Assembly (NCBI GenBank): GCA_042216015.1
Contig: JBDGUI010000049.1
Location: 1-50,148, forward strand
Direction: 5' to 3'
Length of the DNA stretch: 50,148 nt
Source of the DNA: Halodesulfurarchaeum sp.
GTDB lineage: Archaea > Halobacteriota > Halobacteria > Halobacteriales > Halobacteriaceae
The notes beneath the pieces are model-generated. The model was not told the origin of the DNA, made no database searches, and saw nothing but the letters and a program-made list of their open reading frames with translations. The translations under genes and the position numbers were made by a program. This document shows, piece by piece, positions 31,201 through 39,430 of this stretch; within the stretch, counting starts at the first letter, position 1, and every line of letters starts with the position of its first letter.

Positions 31201-32421
31201 ATGCGACGATCCGAACTCTTCGTTCCGACCTCGAAGGAGGCCGAATCGAGCGCTCAGGTCCGGAGTGCAGAGCTCGCACTCCGGAGCGGCCTCGTGGACC
31301 ATCCCGGTGCGGGCATTTTCAGCTACTCGCCGACCGGCGAGCGGGTGCGGAACAACATCGCCGACGTGATCCGCGAGCACATGAACGCGATCGGGGCCCA
31401 GGAAGTCTCCCTGCCGGGACTCCAGTACGCCGACATCTGGCGAAAGAGCGGCCGGTGGGAGGAGTTCGAGGGGGAGATGTTCTCCTTCCAGAACCGCGAG
31501 GGCAAGGACATGTGTCTCGCGACCACCCACGAGGAGCCGATGGCGGATCTCGTTCGCGAGCGCGTGCGCTCGAGGAAGAACATGCCCCTCGTCCTCTACC
31601 AGATCGGCGAGAAGTACCGGGACGATCACCCGCGGAACGGTCTGCTCCGGGCCAAGCAGTTCACGATGAAGGACGCCTACTCCTTCACGACCGACGAGGA
31701 AGCCCTCGACGAGGTTTACCGGGACATGCGGGCGGCCTACATCGAGATCTTCGATGAACTCGGCGTCGAGTACGCCATCGTCGATGCGGATCCCAGCTCC
31801 ATGGGAGGCACCGCCTCCGAGGAGTTCCAGGCACCCGCGGATGTCGGCTCCGACGAGATGGCCTACTGTCACGCCGAGGACTGCCACTTTGGGACCCTCG
31901 ATCTCGACGCCGAGGAGTGTCCGGACTGTGGCGAGGACCTCGTCGTTGGCAACTCGATCGAACTCGGTCACATTTTCAAACTCGGCACCCGCTACAGCGA
32001 TCCACTCGATCTGACCTACGACACCGAAACCGGACAGGAGCAGGTCATCATGGGTTCCTATGGAATCGGCGTCAGCCGGATGATTCCGGCACTCATCGAG
32101 CAGGGCAACGACGAGGACGGCATCATCTGGCCCGAGTCCGTCGCGCCGTTCACCCTGAGTGTCGTCCCGCTCAACGAGAACGAGGAAATCGTCGAGATGG
32201 CCGAGGAGATTCACGACCGGGTGGGCACGGAGGAGGTCCTCTACTTCGACGGGGACACCGGGATCGGCGAGAAGTTCGCCGAATCGGACCTCATCGGCGT
32301 GCCGGCGAAGGTCATCCTCGGGAACACGTTTCTCGAGGACGGCGAACTCGAGGTCGAGTTCCGCGACGGCGGCCGGGAGTACTACGAGCCGGCGGAGTTC
32401 TTCGAGATCTACGCGGAGTGA
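31201..32421 (+). CDS. proS: Proline-tRNA ligase, bacterial type, without INS editing domain
   Basis: MRRSELFVPT.KE, G.FSY.PTG, W.KSGRW, TTHEE, YQIG.KYRD..PR.GLLR..F.MKDAYSF, IELGHIFKLGTRYS, MGSYGIGVSR, anticodon-binding domain GEKFAESDLIGVP. Confidence 0.92.
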   Translation: MRRSELFVPTSKEAESSAQVRSAELALRSGLVDHPGAGIFSYSPTGERVRNNIADVIREHMNAIGAQEVSLPGLQYADIWRKSGRWEEFEGEMFSFQNREGKDMCLATTHEEPMADLVRERVRSRKNMPLVLYQIGEKYRDDHPRNGLLRAKQFTMKDAYSFTTDEEALDEVYRDMRAAYIEIFDELGVEYAIVDADPSSMGGTASEEFQAPADVGSDEMAYCHAEDCHFGTLDLDAEECPDCGEDLVVGNSIELGHIFKLGTRYSDPLDLTYDTETGQEQVIMGSYGIGVSRMIPALIEQGNDEDGIIWPESVAPFTLSVVPLNENEEIVEMAEEIHDRVGTEEVLYFDGDTGIGEKFAESDLIGVPAKVILGNTFLEDGELEVEFRDGGREYYEPAEFFEIYAE

Positions 32422-32501
32422 CGGACTCGCACTCCCTGACGGGTTCCCGATTTTCGCCTCTTTGACGGGTTTTATGTCAATGTCCGGCCCACACGGACAC
32501 G

Positions 32502-33446
32502 ATGGATCGGGTTGCGGACAGGACTCCCGAGATCGTGACCGTCGGCAGCGCCGTCCTCGATCGAGTCTACAGCCTCTCGAATCTTCCGGAACCCGATGGC
32601 GGAGCGTTCGTCAGGGACTACGAGGAACGGGGCGGTGGCGTCGCCGCAAACGTCGCCTGTGGGCTTTCGGCACTCGACCACGACGTGGCGATCATCTCGC
32701 GGGTGGGGGCCGACGAAGCTGCCGGGACGATCCTCGAATCGCTTCGCGAATGGGACGTCGACGTTTCCACGGTCCGACGCGGAGATGTGGCGTCCTCGTA
32801 CACGCTCGTGCTGCACGGCCCGGACGGTGGGCGGATGATCGTCGCCGGGGGCGAGAGCGTTCCACACCTCCGAATTCGACCCGGGGATCGGGACCACCTG
32901 GAATCCGCGGCCTGTGTCTTCACGAGCGCCTACGCGCCGGAGGCGGTAACCGCTGAGCTGGTCGAGATGCGACGCCGGGGCGAGATCGACTGTCTGGCCT
33001 TCGATCTTCCCGGGCCGCTCGCCGAACTCGAGGGACGGGGGACCACTCCCGGGACGATCGACGGGGCGGCCGCAGTCGCAGACCTCTTCGTCTCGAATCG
33101 CGTCGCGGTCGATTCGTACCTCGGTGCCGACCCCGAGTCGGCCGTCGAGCGACTTGCCGACGCTGGGGCAGCCCGGCTCGCAGTCACGACCGGTGCCGAT
33201 GGGGCGTATCTCGAAAAGAGGGGTTCCGAGCCCATCCACGTCCCGGCCGAGGAGCGGTCGATCGTGGATACCACCGGAGCCGGGGATCAATTCACCGCTG
33301 CGCTGATACATGCCTGGGTCCTCGGTCGCGCCTCACCACCAGAGGCCGGCCGGATCGCCGCCATTGCTGCGGCACAGAACTGCACCGCCCGCGGCCCGCG
33401 TGGCTCGTTAGCATCGAGGGAGGACCTGCCAACTGGGAAGGGTTAA
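32502..33446 (+). CDS. PfkB/ribokinase-family carbohydrate kinase
   Basis: GGGVAANVA, VGADEAA, VTTGADGA, DTTGAGD. Confidence 0.9.
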   Translation: MDRVADRTPEIVTVGSAVLDRVYSLSNLPEPDGGAFVRDYEERGGGVAANVACGLSALDHDVAIISRVGADEAAGTILESLREWDVDVSTVRRGDVASSYTLVLHGPDGGRMIVAGGESVPHLRIRPGDRDHLESAACVFTSAYAPEAVTAELVEMRRRGEIDCLAFDLPGPLAELEGRGTTPGTIDGAAAVADLFVSNRVAVDSYLGADPESAVERLADAGAARLAVTTGADGAYLEKRGSEPIHVPAEERSIVDTTGAGDQFTAALIHAWVLGRASPPEAGRIAAIAAAQNCTARGPRGSLASREDLPTGKG

Positions 33447-34306
33447 TCCCGGACGGCGTCGAGGATCTCTCGGACCCGTTCCTCATCGACCGGGCCGGTC
33501 GTCTCCCCTGCCTCCTTCAATCCGGTCCCGACGATCGCCCCGTCGGCGGGCGACAGCATCGACGCGGCGTTCGAGGCGGTGACCCCGCTGCCGACGAACA
33601 CCGGCACCGTCGGATCGACTCGATCGCGAATGGCCACGACGGCTTCGAGGTGGTCTCGGTCCGTTTGCTCGCCCGTTCCGGTTCCACTGGCGATGATCCC
33701 ATCGGCCCCTCCACGCTCAATCGACTCGCTCACCTCCTCACGGAGCGGCCGTTCGGCGAGCGGGGCCGAGTGTTTCACGTCGACGTCCGCGAGGATGGCG
33801 ACGTCCGCGTCCAGTCGATCGCGGAGTCGGAGCGTCGCTGCGGCCTGTCCGGTCACGAGGCCCTGATCGGTCACCCGCTGGCCGGTATGGACGTTGACTC
33901 GGACGAACGAGGCCCCGACGGCCGCGGCGATCGACATCGCGGCCTCGGCGTCGTTTCTGAGGACGTTCACGCCCACCGGCAGTTCCGTCTCCCGGACCAG
34001 CTCCGTGAGAAGGGAGGTCATCGAGGCGACGACGTGTTTCGGGACGTCGTCGGCGTAGAACGGTGCATCCCCGAAATTTTCGACGAGGAGGCCGTCCACG
34101 CCCCCCTCCTCAAGCCGCCGGGCGTCTCGCAACATCCGCTCCCGAATCACCTCGCGCGAGCCTCCGTAGTTCGGCGCCGCGGGAAGGCTATCGAGGTGGA
34201 TCATCCCGATGATCGGGTTCGGTTCGGTTAGTCCTCCCGGTAGCCTGACCTCGGTCTCTACCTCCTCCGGTTTGGCTTTCGGGGCGGTCTCGCGGTTCGA
34301 ATTCAT
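33443..34306 (-). CDS. BtpA/SgcQ family TIM-barrel protein
   Basis: IGMIHL, GLLVENFGDAPF, GVNVLRND, DVDVKHS, GSGVT. Confidence 0.92.
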   Translation of the reverse strand: MNSNRETAPKAKPEEVETEVRLPGGLTEPNPIIGMIHLDSLPAAPNYGGSREVIRERMLRDARRLEEGGVDGLLVENFGDAPFYADDVPKHVVASMTSLLTELVRETELPVGVNVLRNDAEAAMSIAAAVGASFVRVNVHTGQRVTDQGLVTGQAAATLRLRDRLDADVAILADVDVKHSAPLAERPLREEVSESIERGGADGIIASGTGTGEQTDRDHLEAVVAIRDRVDPTVPVFVGSGVTASNAASMLSPADGAIVGTGLKEAGETTGPVDEERVREILDAVRD

Positions 34307-34562
34307 ACACGTCCCTTCACGCGGCGGGACAAAATAAGTGGGATCGACGACGTTGCTGCAGGATGGCAGGTGTTATCGGGTACTCAACATCGCGGAGAAG
34401 TGTGATTCTCCCCCACCACACTCGTTCGAGTCCCGTCCCGACCGGCTGACCGTTCATTCAAAACGCATAAGGAAGTGACCGGTGTCGTCCCGTCTGTCGG
34501 CCGAATCGATCGATTCGTACCGTCGTCGAGATCGCCTGCGGTTCCCGACAGACCCCCTTTCG

Positions 34563-36005
34563 ATGGATCAGAACACCCCGTTCGGACGGCTCAAATCAGC
34601 CGGCCTGTATCTCTTCCGTGGCCGGGAGGAGATCGAACTGCTCGAGGGACCGATCGGCAAGCCGCTCTTTTTCCTCTCGTTGCCACTCGTCCTGACGAAC
34701 CTCTTTCAGACCGCTTACAACCTCGCGGACACGTTCTGGCTCGGACAGTACAGCACCGAGGCGCTCGCGGCGATCAGCTTCGCCTGGCCGCCGGTATTCC
34801 TCCTGATGATGTTCGGCATGGGAATCTCGGTCGCGGGAAGCGTCCTCGTCGCCCAATATACCGGTGCCGGGGAGCCCAGGGAAGCAGAGGTCGCGGCCTC
34901 ACAGGTACTTGCCTATACGACCATCGCCTCGCTCTTCTTCGGGACGATCGCGTACGTCGTCGCCAGGCCGTTCGTGGCACTTCTCGGTGCCTCTCCGTCG
35001 GTCGTCGGGCTGGCCTCGGGATATCTCCAGATCGTCTCGCTCGGGTTCGTCTTCATGATGACCTACATGGTGTTCAATGCACTCATGCGGGGGTACGGTG
35101 ACACGCTGACCCCGATGGTCGTCATGTTCGGGACCGTCGTCCTGAACATCATCCTCGACCCGTTTCTCATCTTCGGCTGGACGCTGCTCGAAAACGTCCC
35201 CGTCCTCGGGACGATCGGCTTTCCGGAACTCGGCATTCGAGGCGCTGCCTACGCGACCGTCTTTTCGCGGGCGGTGGGACTGTCGGTTGGGCTCGCCATT
35301 CTCTTCGGGGACCGTTGGGGGATATCGGTTCACTGGCGGGAGCTTCGGCCCCGCCTGGATTACCTCGTGAAAATCCTCAGAATCGGGGCACCGGCCTCGG
35401 TCGAGGGTGTCTCACGTGCGGTGTCGGTGAACCTGCTCATGTTCGTCGTCGGGTGGTTTTCCACCCCGGTCGTGGCGGCCTACGGGATCGGGACCCGGAT
35501 CTTCTCGATGGTGTTCCTGCCGGGGGTCGCCGTCGACCGGAGCGTCGAGACGATGACTGGCCAGAACATCGGCGCGGAAAAACCGGACCGGGCCGCGGCT
35601 GCCGCTCGCCTCGCCGCGATTTCCCTCTTCGGGATCCTGACCCTGCTTGGCGCCGTGGTCTGGTACCTGGCCACGCCGATTTCGGCGCTATTCACGGACG
35701 ATCCGGCCGTGGTCGACGTGGCCACGACCTTCATCCGCTACGTCGCCCCCACATTCGGGTTCATTGGAGTGATGCGGGCGTACTCCGGGAGCCTTCGTGG
35801 GGCTGGAAAGACCCTCACCGTCGCCGCCATCGCGATCGTCATGCTGGCGATCACACGATTTCCGCTTGCCTGGTTCCTCGCGGAGGCGATCGGTGAAACC
35901 GGCATCTGGATCGGCTATGCGGTCTCCAACGTCGCTGGGGCCCTCGTCGCGTACCGCTGGTACCAACGAGGGACCTGGCGGACGAAGCGACTCGTCGAGA
36001 ACTGA
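34563..36005 (+). CDS. MATE family efflux transporter
   Basis: LSLP..NLFQTAYNLADTFWLG, RGYGDTLTPM, NIILDPFLIFG, GIRGAAYAT, GQNIGA. Start likely ATG 34563. Confidence 0.93.
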   Translation: MDQNTPFGRLKSAGLYLFRGREEIELLEGPIGKPLFFLSLPLVLTNLFQTAYNLADTFWLGQYSTEALAAISFAWPPVFLLMMFGMGISVAGSVLVAQYTGAGEPREAEVAASQVLAYTTIASLFFGTIAYVVARPFVALLGASPSVVGLASGYLQIVSLGFVFMMTYMVFNALMRGYGDTLTPMVVMFGTVVLNIILDPFLIFGWTLLENVPVLGTIGFPELGIRGAAYATVFSRAVGLSVGLAILFGDRWGISVHWRELRPRLDYLVKILRIGAPASVEGVSRAVSVNLLMFVVGWFSTPVVAAYGIGTRIFSMVFLPGVAVDRSVETMTGQNIGAEKPDRAAAAARLAAISLFGILTLLGAVVWYLATPISALFTDDPAVVDVATTFIRYVAPTFGFIGVMRAYSGSLRGAGKTLTVAAIAIVMLAITRFPLAWFLAEAIGETGIWIGYAVSNVAGALVAYRWYQRGTWRTKRLVEN

Positions 36006-36020
36006 GTGCCAGCCGGTCGA

Positions 36021-37451
36021 TCACTCGATGGTGACGTTGACCGGGTTCTCCGTGATGTGCATGTAGGTGAGGTACGAACCCACAGAGGCGTTGTATCCGA
36101 GATATCCCGTCGAAATTTTCTCGGAGACCGTGTTCTGACTCGAGTCAGCGACCGTGAGTTCGACGGTCGGGCCCACGAGTGCGAGATAGTGGTTCGTGAC
36201 GAAATCGATCGGCGCCCGTTCGTCGATCTCGTATTCGACCGGTTCGCCCTCTGCTTCATGCCCCTCGAAGGTCGGAGACGGCTCGAAGGAGGTGGCACTG
36301 AACGCACAGTTGGAGAACGACTGGACCGACTGTTCCCGGTACGTGGCGTTTGCTCGACTCGTCAAATTAACGACCAGACGTGTGTCTTCGTAATCGCCGT
36401 CCCCGTTCCAGTCCCCGGTTTCACCCTCACTCTCCGCTTCGAATCGGAAGGCGTCTGTCGTCCAGGTCTGATAATTCGTTCCGTCGGGGGAGTAATAGAT
36501 GATCGTCCTTGCGGTGTCCCCGTCCCCGGTGCCGGTTCCCTTCGATACCTGCACTTCGAATTCCTGACCGCCCGATTTCGCACAGATCGACCAGTCGAGA
36601 TTCTCGAAATTCGCCTGATCCCCCTGATCGTCGATCAGGGTGAGCGTGAACTGGTCGATCTGATGGGTGCGGATTCCCTGCAGCGTCATCGAATTTCCGT
36701 CGAGTGGCATGTCGAAATCGCCGTGGGTCACAGGAGCGATCAGCGTGACCGTGGCCGTGTTCCTGCTCGCGTTTTCGCTCACGTTTCCATCGGTTCGAGT
36801 CCGGAAGAAGTCCGCCCAGGCGGCGTAGTAGTCGCTCTTGACGGTCACCGACACGGTCCCCGACTGGACTGGATTCGTGGTCGGTTCGTCGGCGGAGACG
36901 GTGGGAAAGATTCGGTCACCATCGCGGGTTTGTCGAATCACCGCCCTGGCATTCCCGCTGACACTGCCCTGCCCCCGTATCTGGACGATCGGGAGTGTCA
37001 ACGTCGTTTCCCGAAAGTGAAACTCAGGCGGGGAGCGCATCACGCTTCCCCCGTCCTTCCACCAGATTCCACCGCCCTGATACCCAATTTCGCGAGCGCC
37101 ATTGTGGTACGTGACTGCCCCGAGGGTACCGTTGTAGAGTACCGTCGTTTCGTTCGCGGTCCGGTTTTTGTGGACGACCCGGAGCCAGCCGGCGTCCGGC
37201 TCGACGGTGTAGGTTCCCTGCTGGGTGGTCCCGAGTTCGACGGTCTGGGTCGTCTGTTCGCCGAGGGCGACCATCGAGGCCCTCGAATCGAACTGGCTCA
37301 TCGCGATCTCCGCGCTCTGGACGCCGATCCGGTCCTGGCTCATCTGGAGTGACGTGCCACCGACAGTGAGGAGTGCCCCCACGCTGATGAGGGTGAATCC
37401 GAGGATGAGTGCGTACCCGAGCGTCTCGCTTTGCCCACGACGGCCGTCCAT
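36021..37451 (-). CDS. Secreted pilin-like protein with class III (prepilin) signal peptide (DUF7289-like)
   Basis: MDGRRG|QSETLGYALILG.. class III signal, YQGGGIW motif, many N-x-S/T sequons. Start ATG 37451. Confidence 0.8.
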   Translation of the reverse strand: MDGRRGQSETLGYALILGFTLISVGALLTVGGTSLQMSQDRIGVQSAEIAMSQFDSRASMVALGEQTTQTVELGTTQQGTYTVEPDAGWLRVVHKNRTANETTVLYNGTLGAVTYHNGAREIGYQGGGIWWKDGGSVMRSPPEFHFRETTLTLPIVQIRGQGSVSGNARAVIRQTRDGDRIFPTVSADEPTTNPVQSGTVSVTVKSDYYAAWADFFRTRTDGNVSENASRNTATVTLIAPVTHGDFDMPLDGNSMTLQGIRTHQIDQFTLTLIDDQGDQANFENLDWSICAKSGGQEFEVQVSKGTGTGDGDTARTIIYYSPDGTNYQTWTTDAFRFEAESEGETGDWNGDGDYEDTRLVVNLTSRANATYREQSVQSFSNCAFSATSFEPSPTFEGHEAEGEPVEYEIDERAPIDFVTNHYLALVGPTVELTVADSSQNTVSEKISTGYLGYNASVGSYLTYMHITENPVNVTIE

Positions 37452-37504
37452 ATCTCCTCGAACACGGTGTTCGGGAATGAAGCTGGCGGCTCGAATGCCC
37501 GGCT

Positions 37505-38191
37505 TCACAGGACCGCGAGGATGGCCTGGGCGACCCACGACGTGAACGTCTCCCACACGGAAAAGTCAAAGACGATCGCCATGAGGGTGTCCACCCCGAA
37601 AAAGGCAAAGAGAGACGCACCGATGTAATGGGCCAGCCGGACGTCGAACCGGTGGGAGAACTTGTTGAAGAAAAACGCATTCGCCATGCTCACCGGGATG
37701 ATGGCCGCCATCTCGCCGAACCAGATCGCTGGATGGGCCCCGTACTGGGCCGCGAGTCCGATCGTCACGAGTTGAGTCTTGTCGCCGAATTCGCCGGCGG
37801 CCATCATCGCGAAGATCGGCAGAAATCCCCCGAGTGCGTTGGGAACCTCGACACCTAGAATGGTGACTTCGAGGTCCTCATATCCGGTCGGGCTCCGTTC
37901 CGACGGCACCCCGTCCTCGGGTGTTGATCGATACAGGAGCACCGCGAAAAGCAGGAAAAGTCCCGCCGTGAAGAGGTCCAGATAGACGCCCGGAAGCACG
38001 TCGTTCAGCGCGTTGCCGACGACGAGTTCGATCGCCGTCCATCCCGCGAAGGCAGCCCCTGCGGCCCCGACCACGATCCACGGATGGAATCGGGTCGACA
38101 GGCCAGCGATGATGAACTGGACTTTCTCTCCCGGGAGCACGGCGAGCTGTGCGGAGAGGGCGATGACGAAGATCTCGAACCAGCCCATCAT
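37505..38191 (-). CDS. TMEM165/GDT1 (UPF0016) family Mn2+/Ca2+ transporter
   Basis: GEFGDKTQ signature plus a degenerate first repeat LPGEKVQ; about six TM helices. Confidence 0.9.
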   Translation of the reverse strand: MMGWFEIFVIALSAQLAVLPGEKVQFIIAGLSTRFHPWIVVGAAGAAFAGWTAIELVVGNALNDVLPGVYLDLFTAGLFLLFAVLLYRSTPEDGVPSERSPTGYEDLEVTILGVEVPNALGGFLPIFAMMAAGEFGDKTQLVTIGLAAQYGAHPAIWFGEMAAIIPVSMANAFFFNKFSHRFDVRLAHYIGASLFAFFGVDTLMAIVFDFSVWETFTSWVAQAILAVL

Positions 38192-38883
38192 GCCTGTTGC
38201 TCCTGGCGTGGGACGTCTGTGGATTCATCGGTGACTGGTTGCACCCGAACCGCCTCGGCCGTCGATTCTGGTAGGTGGCGAATCTCCTCCCCGACTGCGA
38301 CCTGATAGACCTCGAGGGGCGTCACCGCTTTGAGCTCCAGTTCGGTACCCGGTTCGATGCCGATTTCCGCCAGATGTGAGAGGATCTCCGGCTCGCTGTC
38401 CCGGACCCGACAGACCCGAACCCGTGACCCCGCTTCGAATCTCGAAAGCGGCGTCGTGTCGTCGGCGATCGGTTCGAGGTCCATCCCGGGGATCGGATCG
38501 CCATGGGGATCCGTCGCTGGATGATCGAGCACCTCGGCGACGCGACTCTCGAACTCCTCGCTGATGTGGTGTTCGAGCACCTCCGCTTCCTCGTGCACTT
38601 CGGACCACGCATAATCGAGGTGTTCGTCGAGATACGCCTCGAGCAGTCGATGATGGCGCAGAATCTCCAGGGCGACCGTCTCGCCCTCCTCGGTGAGTTC
38701 GACGCCAGCGTACTTCTCCCGGCTGACGAGGCCCCGCTCTTCGAGTGTTTCCATCATGCTGGTCACCGTCGGGGTGGTGACGCCCAATCGATCGCCAATC
38801 TGGCTCGGCGCGATCGGCGGCTCCGTCGTCTCCTGAAGCCTGAAGATGGTCTTCAGATAGTCCTCCATTACGTCGCTCAGCAT
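38188..38883 (-). CDS. DtxR/MntR/SirR-family metal-dependent regulator with C-terminal FeoA domain
   Basis: EDYLK, LT..G...A..LRHHRLLE, EAEVLEHHIS, DPHGDPIP, GIEPG. Confidence 0.95.
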   Translation of the reverse strand: MLSDVMEDYLKTIFRLQETTEPPIAPSQIGDRLGVTTPTVTSMMETLEERGLVSREKYAGVELTEEGETVALEILRHHRLLEAYLDEHLDYAWSEVHEEAEVLEHHISEEFESRVAEVLDHPATDPHGDPIPGMDLEPIADDTTPLSRFEAGSRVRVCRVRDSEPEILSHLAEIGIEPGTELELKAVTPLEVYQVAVGEEIRHLPESTAEAVRVQPVTDESTDVPRQEQQA

Positions 38884-38895
38884 TTCGTTGGCGTT

Positions 38896-38911
38896 ATTAG
38901 ATCGATCTAAT
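38896..38911. promoter_or_regulatory. Perfect 16-bp palindrome ATTAGATCGATCTAAT; candidate DtxR-family operator
   Basis: Its TTAG-N6-CTAA core resembles DtxR/SirR boxes. It lies 12 bp upstream of the regulator ATG, next to a TATA-like cttattga on the minus strand. Confidence 0.75.
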
Positions 38912-38980
38912 CAATAAGTATGGCGATTCGAACAATTGGCGACAACAACCTTGAAAGTGGCCAGGTCGGTTGAAACCGGT

Positions 38981-39394
38981 ATGGAGTTCACCGAAACCGA
39001 GAACGGCATCGTCGTCCTGCTCGAACCGGGCGATTCGGTCGTGGAATCGCTCGAAACCGTTCGCGAGAGTGCTGACGTGACCGGTGGCTTTTTCACCGGC
39101 ATCGGCGCGGTCGACCGCGCGACGCTCGGGCATTACGACACCGACACCCAGGAGTACAGCGAGAAGACCGTCGAGGGTCAATTCGAGGTCACCGCCTTCA
39201 GCGGGAACATCGGACCGGACAAGATTCACGCCCACATTCAACTGGCCCGCCGGGATTTCACGACGATCGGCGGTCACTGTTCTGCCGCCCGGGTGTCCGG
39301 AACCTTCGAAATCCTCGTCGTTCCGAGCGGTACCACTCTCAAACACGCATTGGACGAACGAACGGGACTGGACGTGTTCGACCTGCAAGCGTAG
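38981..39394 (+). CDS. PPC/DUF296 domain protein
   Basis: L.PG.SVVESL, GIGAV, GNI...HAHI...GGH, FEI. Confidence 0.9.
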   Translation: MEFTETENGIVVLLEPGDSVVESLETVRESADVTGGFFTGIGAVDRATLGHYDTDTQEYSEKTVEGQFEVTAFSGNIGPDKIHAHIQLARRDFTTIGGHCSAARVSGTFEILVVPSGTTLKHALDERTGLDVFDLQA

Positions 39395-39405
39395 ACAGCG
39401 CCGAT

Positions 39406-39429
39406 CGGTTCGACCCGGCCGTCGAACCG
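39406..39429. terminator. Hairpin between convergent genes (possible terminator)
   Basis: cggttcgac-ccggcc-gtcgaaccg: perfect 9-bp stem, but no U-tract. Confidence 0.35.
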
Positions 39430-39430
39430 C

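Noticed and set aside
34415..34445. tRNA-like T-loop GTTCGAGTCCC upstream of the MATE gene
   Set aside because: The flanks do not form a T-stem, and no acceptor, D or anticodon arms can be built.
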